Shown: in pieces, positions 10,566 to 21,034 of the stretch | How positions within the stretch are numbered: the stretch's first letter is position 1 | How the letters are laid out: each line of letters begins with the position of its first letter | Source of the DNA: Verrucomicrobiota bacterium | Lineage (GTDB): Bacteria; Pseudomonadota; Gammaproteobacteria; Coxiellales; Coxiellaceae | Assembly: GCA_013287435.1 (NCBI GenBank) | Contig: JABDDU010000003.1 | Span: 21,685 to 85,684 of the forward strand | Direction of reading: 5' to 3' | Length of the DNA: 64,000 nucleotides | Position numbers and translations under genes: made by a program | The notes under the pieces: model-generated | Database searches by the model: none | Seen by the model: the letters and a program-made list of their open reading frames with translations, nothing else | Told to the model about the DNA's origin: nothing

Positions 10566-10967
10566 CTATTCTCCAATGCTTTTTGGTATGCAACGATATA
10601 CATTACCAACAGCGGTATCACCGGTCTGTTCTAAACCACCACCAAAACCTGAAGATGTTCCACCATAGCTGGAAGCTTGATTGGTAACGATTTGTACGTA
10701 GTTACCGCCTTTAGCAGCTGCTTTATTTCTCAGGTCATTTTGAGCGCCTTCATCTAAATTTTGATTCGATGTAAATTTACCGCTAATTAAATTACCTTGA
10801 TTACCGCTCACTTGTCCTAAAAATTTACATCCCATGGGTGCTTTAGACGGCGACGCAATAACACGTTCTGCGTTAGAATTTAATCTTACCGCTGCACAAC
10901 TACTCAAACCAAGAACGGCAGTTACTACCGCTACTATACGAAAAAATTTTTTTGTTTTAATTGTCAT
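10566..10967 (-). CDS. Small lipoprotein (DUF4156-like)
   Basis: Lipobox LGLSSC. The ATG at 10967 is preceded by GAGGAA. The mature part is rich in Gly, Asn and Ser. Confidence 0.5.
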   Translation of the reverse strand: MTIKTKKFFRIVAVVTAVLGLSSCAAVRLNSNAERVIASPSKAPMGCKFLGQVSGNQGNLISGKFTSNQNLDEGAQNDLRNKAAAKGGNYVQIVTNQASSYGGTSSGFGGGLEQTGDTAVGNVYRCIPKSIGE

Positions 10968-11032
10968 TTGAATTTCCTCTGTAAAAACCAAAAAAAATCA
11001 CGGTGCATTTCATTATTCTAAATTCATAAATT

Positions 11033-11716
11033 TCATATCAGTGATTCCAAAATACTCACCGGATCAACCGCGCCCGTAATCGATCTTCCGATCACTAAAT
11101 AATCTGCGCCGGCGGTGATTGCTGCTTCAGGCGTGACTACTCTTTTTTGATCACCCGCATCATCACTCGCCAAACGAATGCCTGGCGTTACCAATAAAAA
11201 ATCTCGTCCCAATTCTTTTCGCAATAAAACTGCTTCTTTTGCGGAGCAAACAACACCATCGAGTCCGCATTCTTTTGCTGTTTTTGCCATCGATAAAACT
11301 GTATTTTCAACAGAATGATGGATTCCTAAAAATGCTAAATCCTGCTCATCAAGACTCGTTAACACAGTAACGCCGATTAATAATGGCTTTTTTTTCGTAG
11401 ACATTGAGCTGATTGCACGACGTGCTGCACGCATCATTTCCACTCCACCAGAAATATGCACATTCACCATCCACACCCCTAATTCCGCAGCGGCCGTGCA
11501 CGCATCAAAAACGGTGTTAGGAATATCGTGAAATTTTAAATCCAAAAATACGCGAAAACCTTTTTGAATTAATTCGCGCACGTAATCAGGACCTAAGCGT
11601 GTAAACATTCCCTTGCCAATTTTAAGTGCGCATAATTCAGGAGTTATTTTTGAGACAAATGCATCAGAAGATTTTTTGTCAGCAAAATCGAGCGCTACGA
11701 TAATGTTGGAAATCAC
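11033..11716 (-). CDS. pyrF: Orotidine-5'-phosphate decarboxylase
   Basis: [18 protein letters not shown] and [10 protein letters not shown] motifs. Confidence 0.9.
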   Translation of the reverse strand: MISNIIVALDFADKKSSDAFVSKITPELCALKIGKGMFTRLGPDYVRELIQKGFRVFLDLKFHDIPNTVFDACTAAAELGVWMVNVHISGGVEMMRAARRAISSMSTKKKPLLIGVTVLTSLDEQDLAFLGIHHSVENTVLSMAKTAKECGLDGVVCSAKEAVLLRKELGRDFLLVTPGIRLASDDAGDQKRVVTPEAAITAGADYLVIGRSITGAVDPVSILESLI

Positions 11717-11722
11717 GGTTTC

Positions 11723-13402
11723 TTACTCTTTCGATTGCATTTTCTCTTTCAACAAATCACCCAGCGTCGTTTTCGTCGGTACATCCGTCGTCACCGTGCG
11801 AGTACCGGTATCACCTTTAGGTGGAGTTTCAAGCACTTTATGCGACACATAAATTTGATGACTCTTACGATCAACATTAACAACTTTCACATCAATTTCT
11901 TCACCGACGTTCAGCTCTTGCTGTAAATCTTTCACGCGATCGTAGCTATAATCAGCAATACGCAAGACGCCGGTTAATTCTGGTGTCAGTTGTAAAACGG
12001 CTTGTTTTGCCGATACTTCATTCACTTTTGCTTTAATGACTGCTTCTTTATCCAATCCTTGCAAATGTTCTTCCATAGGATCATTTGACAATTGTTTAAC
12101 GCCCAACGAAATACGTTCACGTTCAGGATCAATGGCTAAAATAACCGCTTCTACCATATCGCCTTTTTGATAAGAACGAACGGCTTGCTCGCCCGTTTCT
12201 GTCCACGAAATATCGGACAAATGCACCAATCCGTCGATGCCGCCACTCAAACCAACAAACAAACCAAAGTCTGTAATAGAACACACAGCACCTTTCACTT
12301 TTTCACCGACTTGATGTTTCGACGAAAATTCTGCCCATGGATTTGCTTTACATTGTTTAACACCCAAGGAAATACGACGACGATCTTCATCAATTTCTAG
12401 CACAATCACTTCAACTTCTTCATTCAAATTAACCACTTTGCTGGGATGCACATTTTTATTGGTCCAATCCATTTCTGACATGTGAACCAAACCTTCAACA
12501 CCTTCTTCTATTTCAACAAAGCAACCGTAATCCGTAATGTTAGTGACTTTGCCGGTAATGCGAGTGTTAGCGGGATAACGTTGCGCGACGTTATGCCATG
12601 GATCTTCACCCAACTGTTTTAAGCCCAATGAAACACGTTGTTTATCGCGATCAAATTTCAATACTTTTACTTTGATTTCTTCGCCGACTTTCAATATCTC
12701 GCTCGGATGTTTCACGCGCTTCCACGCCATATCAGTGATATGCAACAATCCATCAATGCCACCCAATTCGACAAATGCGCCGTAATCCGTGATATTTTTT
12801 ACTATACCAACCACTTCTTGACCTTCTTGCAATTCTCCCAAACGCGATATGCGTTCTTCTCGCGATTCCGCTTCCATCACAGCGCGTCTTGAAACAACAA
12901 CGTTATTGCGCTTTTTATCCATTTTGATCACTTTAAATTCTAATTCTTTGCCTTCTAAATAACCTGGATCACGCACCGGTTTTACGTCTACCAATGAACC
13001 CGGTAAAAATGCGCGAATCGTGCCAATTTCAACCGTGAAACCCCCTTTCACACGTTCAATAATCGTACCCATAATGATGACTTGAGATTCAAATGATTTT
13101 TCTAATTCAGTCCATGCGCGCGCACGCATTGCTTTTTCATGAGATAAACGCGTTTCGCCAAAACCATTTTCAGGAGATTCTAAAACGACTTCGACGATAT
13201 CGCCGACTTTGATTTCTTCTTCTTTAAATTCGGCAACAGGAATGGGACCTTCTGATTTTAAACCCACGTTGACAGTGATAAATTCAGAATCTATTGCAAC
13301 CACTAAACCTTGTAATAATGCGCCATGACGCATGTCAACATTTTTTAAGCTTGCTTCAAATAGTTGTGAAAAACTTTCGGTAGTTTGTGTATGTTCAGAC
13401 AT
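11723..13402 (-). CDS. rpsA: 30S ribosomal protein S1
   Basis: 559 aa with six S1 repeats (GxVxxITDFGAFVxL pattern). cmk lies upstream, as in many proteobacteria. Confidence 0.95.
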   Translation of the reverse strand: MSEHTQTTESFSQLFEASLKNVDMRHGALLQGLVVAIDSEFITVNVGLKSEGPIPVAEFKEEEIKVGDIVEVVLESPENGFGETRLSHEKAMRARAWTELEKSFESQVIIMGTIIERVKGGFTVEIGTIRAFLPGSLVDVKPVRDPGYLEGKELEFKVIKMDKKRNNVVVSRRAVMEAESREERISRLGELQEGQEVVGIVKNITDYGAFVELGGIDGLLHITDMAWKRVKHPSEILKVGEEIKVKVLKFDRDKQRVSLGLKQLGEDPWHNVAQRYPANTRITGKVTNITDYGCFVEIEEGVEGLVHMSEMDWTNKNVHPSKVVNLNEEVEVIVLEIDEDRRRISLGVKQCKANPWAEFSSKHQVGEKVKGAVCSITDFGLFVGLSGGIDGLVHLSDISWTETGEQAVRSYQKGDMVEAVILAIDPERERISLGVKQLSNDPMEEHLQGLDKEAVIKAKVNEVSAKQAVLQLTPELTGVLRIADYSYDRVKDLQQELNVGEEIDVKVVNVDRKSHQIYVSHKVLETPPKGDTGTRTVTTDVPTKTTLGDLLKEKMQSKE

Positions 13403-13490
13403 TGTATTTTTCCAAAAAATAAACCCAAGAATGGATTTATGGTTAATTTAATTTTGTTTTTAAATACATTGCGTACTTAAAAACCCCTGT

Positions 13491-13526
13491 AAGTGTGAGT
13501 TATCAGTGTGAGTATCAGAGGTGCGA
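13491..13526. repeat. Single arm of the CCTCTGA-ACTGATAACTCACAC repeat family
   Basis: GTGTGAGTTATCAGTGTGAGTATCAGAGGTGCGA is the reverse complement of the arm consensus seen at 7562-7595 and 51276-51311. Confidence 0.55.
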
Positions 13527-13536
13527 TTTTAAAGTT

Positions 13537-14226
13537 CTATATCTGCAAGCACCGTGATACATATTCCAACACCAATTGAAGCACCGCATTAATATCTAAA
13601 TGCGTGGTATCAATCATGATCACATCATCCGCAGGTTTTGCTGGCGAAATCGCTCGATTGGTATCTCGCAGATCACGCACATGCAATTCCCTATGAACGT
13701 CGGGCAGACTAACATCTTTGCCTTTTAGTTTCAACTGATTAAAACGTCGACGCGCTCTTTCATCTAAACTGGCAGTGACAAAAAATTTAAGTGTTGCATC
13801 AGGAAATACAACGGTTCCCATATCGCGACCATCCGTCACCAAACCCGGTGCCTTTCGAAATGAACGTTGCTGATCCAATAATGCAGCTCGAACCAATGGA
13901 ATGGCTGAAGTGATAGATGCCATCTGACTGCATGCTTCACTTCTAATATCATCGCTAACATCATGATTATTCAATAATATTCTTGGCTCATCGCCAATAT
14001 GAGATGGTTGCGTATTAATATTAATGTTTTTAATTAGATTTTGTAGCGCAACATGATCATTTGGATCAATTTTTTCATTTAAAACAGCCAAAGCAAACGC
14101 GCGATATAAAGCGCCACTATCCAAAAAATGCCATTTCAGCTTTTTTGCCAGTAAATGGGCTATTGTACCTTTGCCAGAACCGGATGGGCCATCGATGGTG
14201 ATAACGGGAATTGTTGGGTGTGGCAT
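13537..14226 (-). CDS. cmk: Cytidylate kinase
   Basis: P-loop ITIDGPSGSGKGT plus the GRDMGTVVFPDA motif. Confidence 0.9.
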   Translation of the reverse strand: MPHPTIPVITIDGPSGSGKGTIAHLLAKKLKWHFLDSGALYRAFALAVLNEKIDPNDHVALQNLIKNININTQPSHIGDEPRILLNNHDVSDDIRSEACSQMASITSAIPLVRAALLDQQRSFRKAPGLVTDGRDMGTVVFPDATLKFFVTASLDERARRRFNQLKLKGKDVSLPDVHRELHVRDLRDTNRAISPAKPADDVIMIDTTHLDINAVLQLVLEYVSRCLQI

Positions 14227-14579
14227 TAGGCTGCCTTTTCCTGAAGATCTCCAATCGCATATTGGTGCAATATGCTGGCAATAAAAGTTTGATAGGTCAA
14301 ACCTTTGCGGGCAGCTTTTTGTTTCAATACCATGAGATCATGCTTTGAAATACGAAACGTCACTCTTTCTTGTTTGCGAAAATGGTTTTGCGCAACTTCT
14401 TCGAGATGTGCTTTAACCTCTGGAAAATTATCAATTGCTTGCCAACCACCCTTTTCGACAGAATCCACCAACGCCTGCTCCTCTGCATCAAGTTTATCAT
14501 CAAATTCAATATATTTGCTCTGCAACTTCTTCGATCCTCGTTTTATTTTCTGCCTTGTTGTTTTCTTTTTCATAATCAA
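14226..14579 (-). CDS. Ribbon-helix-helix antitoxin (BrnA-like)
   Basis: 117 aa with a C-terminal RVTFRISKHDLMVLKQKAARKGLTYQTFIASILHQY, which looks like an RHH/CopG fold. It lies downstream of and overlaps a small toxin-like ORF. Confidence 0.5.
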   Translation of the reverse strand: MIMKKKTTRQKIKRGSKKLQSKYIEFDDKLDAEEQALVDSVEKGGWQAIDNFPEVKAHLEEVAQNHFRKQERVTFRISKHDLMVLKQKAARKGLTYQTFIASILHQYAIGDLQEKAA

Positions 14580-14922
14580 ACTCCTTGCGTAAGTATTTTC
14601 TTGTCAGCTTTCTATTTCTAAAAATTGTTTTTAGAAATAATGTAGCCACATCTTTGGTAACAAATGGGACTGTATAAACATAATTATTAATACTAACGAT
14701 AAGGAATTGCTGTCTCGGATATTTCTTTTGGTTATGATGATCAACCATTTCTAATAACTGGCCATTTTCAACAGCCCGGATAACATCATCAAAACCAATA
14801 TGACGCGTCCTTATTAATAGCTCATCTTTTTCTAACGAATATTCATACTGTTCAATTTGCTCAAAAAATCCAATAGTCTCACAACGTACCACTTTTGTCA
14901 AATTCATTTTCCACCCCAACAT
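14506..14922 (-). CDS. Putative BrnT-like (DUF497-type) toxin
   Basis: YEYSLEKDELLIRTRHIGFDDV ... YVYTVPFV ... LKTIFRNRKLTRKY resembles the BrnT pattern (FEWDxxK...HGxxFEEA ... IRIISARKATKxE). Toxin-first gene order matches brnTA. The start codon is uncertain. Confidence 0.4.
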   Translation of the reverse strand: MLGWKMNLTKVVRCETIGFFEQIEQYEYSLEKDELLIRTRHIGFDDVIRAVENGQLLEMVDHHNQKKYPRQQFLIVSINNYVYTVPFVTKDVATLFLKTIFRNRKLTRKYLRKEFDYEKENNKAENKTRIEEVAEQIY

Positions 14923-16234
14923 CCATTCCCACCTGCCTAATTAACCCTGCAAAATCAGGAAATGATGTATTCACACATGCACAATCATCAATAAATACCG
15001 TATCTTTTGCGCTGTTTCCTGCAATCGCAAAACTCATGGCGATACGATGATCACCAAAACTATTAACACGGCCGCCATGGAATTCCTGCTCACCATAAAT
15101 TAAAATACCGTCATCGTACTCGATAGTTTTAATATTAAGTGCGTTGAAATTTTTTATCATTGCTGTAATTCGATCGCTTTCTTTTATACGTAATTCACGC
15201 GCACCACGCAATACCGTGTTTCCTTTTGCGGTAACTGCCGCAATAAAAATAATCGGGAATTCATCGATAGATTTTGAAATTAACTCTGATGGAATCGTGA
15301 TACCGTGCAAGGGTGCGTATTTAATTCGAATATCTGCAACCGGTTCTTCTCCAAAAAATTGGCGGTGAAATAATTCAATATCTGCACCCATTAATTTTAA
15401 AATAGTGATTATTCCTGTGCGAAAAGGATTAACCCCCACTTCTCGAAGTGTTATATCAGAATCTTTGGTAATAGCAGCAAGTACGATAAAAAAAGCAGCG
15501 GAGGAAATATCGCCAGGAATGTGTAATGCGCTCGCCCTGCCGGGCGAACTACTGAAGTTCGCCTTACCTGGCGCAGTACCAAAGTTCGCTTTATCGGGCG
15601 AACTACTGAGAAGCATTTTTTCAGTATGATCTCTGGTCGGCATTATTTCGCGAATCGTCGTTTTACCGCTTGCATACAAGCTCGCCAACAAAATGCCCGA
15701 CTTCACTTGCGCGCTTGGAATGATTACTGCGTAATCAATGCCGACTAAATTTTGATGACCAGTCATTTCAATCGGCGCGGTATTGTTTTCAGATAAATTA
15801 ATTTTTGCTCCCATTAAGCGTAACGGTTCTGCAATACGTAACATGGGTCTTTTAGACAATGATTGATCGCCAATTAAAACAGAATTAAATTTTTGCGCGC
15901 TTAATAATCCACACAACAATCGCATGGTCGTTCCAGAATTGCCGCAATTTAAGGGTTTTTTAGGTGCTTTTAATCCATGCAAACCGACACCATAAACCCG
16001 CGCCGATTTTTTTTCTGAATCAATAATAATCTCAACACCCAATGCGCGCATAATATTAATAGTGGATAACACATCATCGGACAATAAAATATTATCAATA
16101 TCAGTAGCGTAATCATTAATCGACGACAAAATAATCGCGCGGTGGGAAATGGATTTATCACCAGGAATAATAATATCGCCAGTGATTTTTTTTTCGGGTG
16201 TAATTTGAAAACGGGTGTTGGGGATTAGGTCCAT
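14879..16234 (-). CDS. aroA: 3-phosphoshikimate 1-carboxyvinyltransferase (EPSP synthase)
   Basis: PGDKSISHRA, NCGNSGTTMRLL, TRDHTEKML, PGDISSAAFF and RIKESDR motifs. Confidence 0.9.
   Translation of the reverse strand: MDLIPNTRFQITPEKKITGDIIIPGDKSISHRAIILSSINDYATDIDNILLSDDVLSTINIMRALGVEIIIDSEKKSARVYGVGLHGLKAPKKPLNCGNSGTTMRLLCGLLSAQKFNSVLIGDQSLSKRPMLRIAEPLRLMGAKINLSENNTAPIEMTGHQNLVGIDYAVIIPSAQVKSGILLASLYASGKTTIREIMPTRDHTEKMLLSSSPDKANFGTAPGKANFSSSPGRASALHIPGDISSAAFFIVLAAITKDSDITLREVGVNPFRTGIITILKLMGADIELFHRQFFGEEPVADIRIKYAPLHGITIPSELISKSIDEFPIIFIAAVTAKGNTVLRGARELRIKESDRITAMIKNFNALNIKTIEYDDGILIYGEQEFHGGRVNSFGDHRIAMSFAIAGNSAKDTVFIDDCACVNTSFPDFAGLIRQVGMDVGVENEFDKSGTL
15528..15612. repeat. Hairpin-forming repeat segment inside aroA
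   Basis: GGCGAACT-ACTGA-AGTTCGCC forms a perfect 8-bp stem, and a second AGTTCGC...GCGAACT pair follows. GGGCGAACTACTGA occurs twice. The segment encodes the low-complexity peptide SSSPDKANFGTAPGKANFSSSPGRASAL. Confidence 0.6.
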
Positions 16235-16246
16235 CGGGTGATTTTT

Positions 16247-17209
16247 TTAGAGGGTTGAGGTTGGGGTTGGGAATTCTAAATCTTCAAGATGATTTTTTGC
16301 ATGCATTTTAGCAGCAAGTTCAGCTTCTTTATTAGAAACCTCTTGTTCCAAATCCAGATTAGGCGAAGAGTTGTGGCGTGAAAGAACGGGTTGTTTGAGC
16401 TGCGGTTGCACCAATATCGCGAGAATATTTTGTAAAATTTTAAAACCATTCAACTCAACCTGATTGTCATCAATAGCTACACAAAAATGGCTCCTGGGAT
16501 TTAACTTTTCAAACAATTGCATCAAATAAACATATTTCGGACATCTTTCTTCAATTTGTGCCGCTATCTCCTTATCAGGATACGCATCCTGAAGCTCCCG
16601 CATACGTATTCTTACGTCATTCTCAAAGGCAGTTCGAAAAAGAGACGGTTCTCTTGAAGCGGTATTTCCAGTCAAAATCTCTCTAGTTGGACGTATATCA
16701 ATATCCAAAAAAATATTTTTGTTGTTCACATCGAAAAACCACACGCAACCTTTCCCACCTAAACAATGAATATTTTCAGGAGGAATTTTTATCTCATTAC
16801 CAGGAGGAATTTTTATCTCATTACAAAGTATTAGCAACTGTTTATTGAGTTCATCCAAAAAAAGTTGCAGATTACTTTTGCCGTCTCGATAAATCAAGCT
16901 GATCGATAGATCAGGCCATTTAAGCTTATAGTCTTCATCAGGGGGTCGTGAAGATAATATATGAAATTCAAAATGTTGTGCGCCGTGTGCACTCAACAAT
17001 TCAGCAAGGAATTGCACCAGATAGTTATTTACTTCTAATTCCTCAACATGATTCGTTTTTGGATCTCGGGTATTAATGAACATGGTATCGTCAAAATCAA
17101 GGGTAATTATTATTCTACCCGCATTAATTCCTGCAGAAATTTTTTCATGTAGCGCTTCTTTTTGCGCATCATTTAAATGCACCATACCCGGCCGATATTC
17201 ACGACTCAT
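16247..17209 (-). CDS. Hypothetical protein with HAD-phosphatase-like motifs and an internal tandem repeat
   Basis: ITLDFDDTMF matches the DxDxT motif I. ILSSR and AIDDN may be motifs II and III. NEIKIPPG/NEIKIPPE is duplicated. Confidence 0.4.
   Translation of the reverse strand: MSREYRPGMVHLNDAQKEALHEKISAGINAGRIIITLDFDDTMFINTRDPKTNHVEELEVNNYLVQFLAELLSAHGAQHFEFHILSSRPPDEDYKLKWPDLSISLIYRDGKSNLQLFLDELNKQLLILCNEIKIPPGNEIKIPPENIHCLGGKGCVWFFDVNNKNIFLDIDIRPTREILTGNTASREPSLFRTAFENDVRIRMRELQDAYPDKEIAAQIEERCPKYVYLMQLFEKLNPRSHFCVAIDDNQVELNGFKILQNILAILVQPQLKQPVLSRHNSSPNLDLEQEVSNKEAELAAKMHAKNHLEDLEFPTPTSTL
16777..16824. repeat. Perfect 24-bp tandem duplication inside the 320-aa ORF
   Basis: CAGGAGGAATTTTTATCTCATTAC occurs twice, head to tail. 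Confidence 0.9.
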
Positions 17210-17285
17210 TTTATTTCCACCAAAAAAATTAAAATATATCTTCAGACAACAATATCACGATGAACTTAAGAAAAAATTAATAGGA

Positions 17286-18374
17286 TTATGTACGATACGT
17301 ACTTTTAAAATGCTTCATAAAATCAATCAACACATCAACCCCCTCAACCGGCATCGCATTATAAATACTCGCGCGAATACCGCCGAGAATTTTGTGACCT
17401 TTTAAACCGAGCAATCCTTCTGCACGTGCTGCTTTTACAAATTCCGCCTCTAATTCCTCTGAGGGCAGACGAAAAATAATATTCATACACGAGCGGCAAT
17501 TTTTATCGACATTATTTTTATAAAAATCTTGCGAATCGATATAATCATATAATTTTCGCGCTTTTTCAGCATTGATTGCAGCAATCGCATTCAATCCGCC
17601 CAACCGCTTTAACCACTGAAAATTTAATCCTGCTAAATACCACGGAAATGTCGGTGGCGTATTCAACATAGAATTATTTTTGACTTGCAACGCATAGTTT
17701 AATATCGACGGTGTCGTTGACATCGGTTTTCGTTGCAACAAATCATCGCGGATAATCACGATGGTAATGCCCGAAATACTCACATTCTTTTGAGCACACA
17801 CATAAATTAAACCAAATTTTGAAACATCGAAGGGTCGCGATAAAAAATTCGACGACATATCGCAGACGAGCGGAACATCACCCGCTTCTGGAATAAAATT
17901 AAATTCAACGCCATGAATCGTTTCATTATCCACATAATGCAAATACGCCGCATCAGAAAAATCGCGCCATGCATTTTGCGCAGGAATTCCTGTAAAATGA
18001 TTCGGTTCGTTGTCGGCAACGACATTGAGTGACGCATAACGCGCTGCCTCAACCGCTGCTTTTTTTCCCCAGTGTCCCGTTTGCACGTAACCAACTGAAG
18101 AATAATGATCTAGCAAATTCATGGGGATGGCAGAATATTGGGTATTTCCACCGCCAGACAGAAATAAAATATGGTAATTCTGAGGAAGATTGAGCAAATC
18201 ACGTAAATCTTGCGTGGCTTGTTGCGCGACACTGTCAAACTCGGGGCTGCGATGTGAAATTTCCATCACAGAAACGCCCATATTATTCCAATTTAAAAAT
18301 TCTTCTGATGCTTGTTGAATGACTTCACGCGGCAACATCGAAGGACCGGCGGAAAAATTAAAAATCTGACTCAC
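17286..18374 (-). CDS. serC: Phosphoserine aminotransferase
   Basis: N-terminus is IFNFSAGPSMLP. 362 aa with the class V aminotransferase pattern and serC-aroA synteny. Confidence 0.95.
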   Translation of the reverse strand: MSQIFNFSAGPSMLPREVIQQASEEFLNWNNMGVSVMEISHRSPEFDSVAQQATQDLRDLLNLPQNYHILFLSGGGNTQYSAIPMNLLDHYSSVGYVQTGHWGKKAAVEAARYASLNVVADNEPNHFTGIPAQNAWRDFSDAAYLHYVDNETIHGVEFNFIPEAGDVPLVCDMSSNFLSRPFDVSKFGLIYVCAQKNVSISGITIVIIRDDLLQRKPMSTTPSILNYALQVKNNSMLNTPPTFPWYLAGLNFQWLKRLGGLNAIAAINAEKARKLYDYIDSQDFYKNNVDKNCRSCMNIIFRLPSEELEAEFVKAARAEGLLGLKGHKILGGIRASIYNAMPVEGVDVLIDFMKHFKSTYRT

Positions 18375-18390
18375 GTAAAAAACCTCAACA

Positions 18391-20940
18391 TTATTCGCTG
18401 ATTGCAGTATTTAAATTGGCATCCACACTTTCAACGCTCACCACTTTTTCATCTTCCTGAACGTTAATTAATCGCACACCTTGCGTATTACGACCAATCA
18501 CATTAATTTCAGCAACCGGAATACGAACCAGTGTTCCACCATTTGTGACTAATAAAATTTCTGAATCGGATTGAACGGGAACAGAGCCAACCACTTTTCC
18601 ATTTCTATCGGTCGTTTGAATCGCAATCACGCCTTGTCCACCACGACCACATTCACGATAATCATTTACTTCAGTGCGTTGTCCATACCCATTTTCAGTC
18701 ACCGATAAAATCGTGCCGTCTTTTTTCGGAATAATTAATGCAATTAATTTTTGATCGGATTTTAATTTAATGCCGCGAATACCCGTTGCTGTGCGTCCCA
18801 TTGTGCGCACTTGATCTTCCGAAAAACGAATGGCTTTTCCAGCATCACTCACCAACATGATATCTTGTTTTCCATCGGTTAATGCAACGCCGATTAAACG
18901 ATCACCGTCATTTAAACTCAAGGCAATTTTTCCATTTGAACGTGCGTTGGCAAATTCAGACAGCGCCACTTTTTTTACCGTGCCATTTTGTGTTGCCATA
19001 AAAATAAAATGATTATCATCAAATTCGGCAACCGGCAAAATGGCTGTGATCAATTCATCTTTTTCTAACGGCAATAAATTGACAATCGGTTGTCCGCGCG
19101 CTGCACGTCCTGCTTGCGGAATTTGATAGGTCTTCAACCAATAGGCTTTGCCCATCGTTGAAAAACACAAAATCGTGTGATGTGAATTGGCAACCAAAAT
19201 ATTTTTCACATAATCTTCTTCTTTTACTGATGTTGCACGTTTACCGCGACCGCCGCGATGCTGTGATTCATAACTCTCTAACGATTGCGATTTAATATAT
19301 CCCTCATGCGATAACGTCACGACCAAATCTTCCACCGTAATTAAATCTTCGTTATTTAAATCTTCTTGATTTTCTAAAATCACGGTGCGACGTGCATCAC
19401 CAAATTGTGCTTTAATAGCCGTTAATTCTTCACGAATCACCGCATGCAAGCGATCAGGGTTTGATAAAATTTCCAAGAGTGCGGTAATATCATCGATTAA
19501 TTGTTTATATTCATCGTGAATTTTATCGGTTTCTAATCCCGTTAAACGATGCAAACGTAAATCTAAAATTGCTTGGGCTTGTTCTGGTGATAAAAAATAT
19601 TTTCCATCACGCAAACCAAATTGATCACTTAATTCATCCGGACGCGTTTGATTAGCGCCCGCTTTGGCAAGCAAACTTGCCACTACACCCGGCACCCATG
19701 ATTTTGCTAATAAATAACTTTTTGCATCGACGGGTGTTTTCGCTGATTTAATTAAGGCAACAATCTCATCAATATTTTCCAACGCAATTCCCAATCCCTC
19801 TAAAATATGCGCGCGTTCTTTTGCTTTTGCTAATAAAAAAATCGTACGACGTGTTACCACTTCACGACGATGCTGTAAAAATGCATTCAAAATAAATTTA
19901 AGATTCATCACTTGCGGGCGGCCGTTATACAACGCCACCATATTCATTCCAAACACGACTTGCAATTGCGTTTGCGCATATAAATTATTTAACACAACTT
20001 CGGGTTGATCACCGCGGCGAATTTCAATCACCATGCGCATGCCGCGTTTATCAGATTCATCGCGCAATCCGACAATGCCTTCAATTAATTTATCACGCAC
20101 CAATTCTCCGATGCGTTCTAATAATCGCGCTTTATTCACTTGATACGGTAATTCATGGACAATAATCGCAATACGACCCGTTTTTTCATGCGTTTCAAAA
20201 TCCACTTTGGCACGGACATATATTTTGCCGCGGCCGGTGCGATACGCTCGCACAATGCCTGCGCGACCATTAATAATTCCCGCGGTTGGAAAATCAGGGC
20301 CTGGCACATATTTCATTAAGTCATCAATCGTTAATTCAGCATTGTCGATCAATGCGAGTGTGGCATCGATCACTTCGTTTAAATTATGCGGTGGAATATT
20401 GGTTGCCATTCCGACGGCAATACCAGACGAACCATTCACCAACAGATTCGGCACTTGCGTTGGTAACACCGCTGGCATTTGCTCCGTTTCGTCATAATTA
20501 GGCTGAAAATCGACCGTTTGCTTATCAATATCTGCCAACAAATAATGGGCAAATTGAGACATCCTAATTTCGGTATAACGCATCGCAGCCGGTGCATCGC
20601 CATCGACTGAGCCAAAGTTACCCTGCCCGTCGACCAGCATATATCGAAGGCTAAAAGGCTGTGCCATACGTACAATCGTGTCATAAACGGCGGTATCGCC
20701 GTGCGGATGGTATTTACCGATCACGTCGCCGACGATGCGGGCTGATTTTTTGTAAGGCTTATTCCAATCGTTGCTTAATTCATGCATGGCAAACAACACG
20801 CGACGATGTACAGGTTTTAAACCGTCTCGCACGTCTGGCAAGGCACGTCCGACGATAACGCTCATCGCATAATCTAGGTAAGATTGTTTTAGTTCATCTT
20901 CAATGGTAATCGTGGTAATTTCTTTGGCTAAATTCGTCAT
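18391..20940 (-). CDS. gyrA: DNA gyrase subunit A
   Basis: The QRDR region [18 protein letters not shown] and the active-site AAMRYTE are present. 849 aa. Confidence 0.97.
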   Translation of the reverse strand: MTNLAKEITTITIEDELKQSYLDYAMSVIVGRALPDVRDGLKPVHRRVLFAMHELSNDWNKPYKKSARIVGDVIGKYHPHGDTAVYDTIVRMAQPFSLRYMLVDGQGNFGSVDGDAPAAMRYTEIRMSQFAHYLLADIDKQTVDFQPNYDETEQMPAVLPTQVPNLLVNGSSGIAVGMATNIPPHNLNEVIDATLALIDNAELTIDDLMKYVPGPDFPTAGIINGRAGIVRAYRTGRGKIYVRAKVDFETHEKTGRIAIIVHELPYQVNKARLLERIGELVRDKLIEGIVGLRDESDKRGMRMVIEIRRGDQPEVVLNNLYAQTQLQVVFGMNMVALYNGRPQVMNLKFILNAFLQHRREVVTRRTIFLLAKAKERAHILEGLGIALENIDEIVALIKSAKTPVDAKSYLLAKSWVPGVVASLLAKAGANQTRPDELSDQFGLRDGKYFLSPEQAQAILDLRLHRLTGLETDKIHDEYKQLIDDITALLEILSNPDRLHAVIREELTAIKAQFGDARRTVILENQEDLNNEDLITVEDLVVTLSHEGYIKSQSLESYESQHRGGRGKRATSVKEEDYVKNILVANSHHTILCFSTMGKAYWLKTYQIPQAGRAARGQPIVNLLPLEKDELITAILPVAEFDDNHFIFMATQNGTVKKVALSEFANARSNGKIALSLNDGDRLIGVALTDGKQDIMLVSDAGKAIRFSEDQVRTMGRTATGIRGIKLKSDQKLIALIIPKKDGTILSVTENGYGQRTEVNDYRECGRGGQGVIAIQTTDRNGKVVGSVPVQSDSEILLVTNGGTLVRIPVAEINVIGRNTQGVRLINVQEDEKVVSVESVDANLNTAISE

Positions 20941-21034
20941 GATAGGTGCCTTTGTGAACGCATTTTCAGAGCAATAATCATATCATAAATAGGCTGTTTT
21001 TGTTAGGATTACAGCAGTTAAAAAGGAAATTTTT

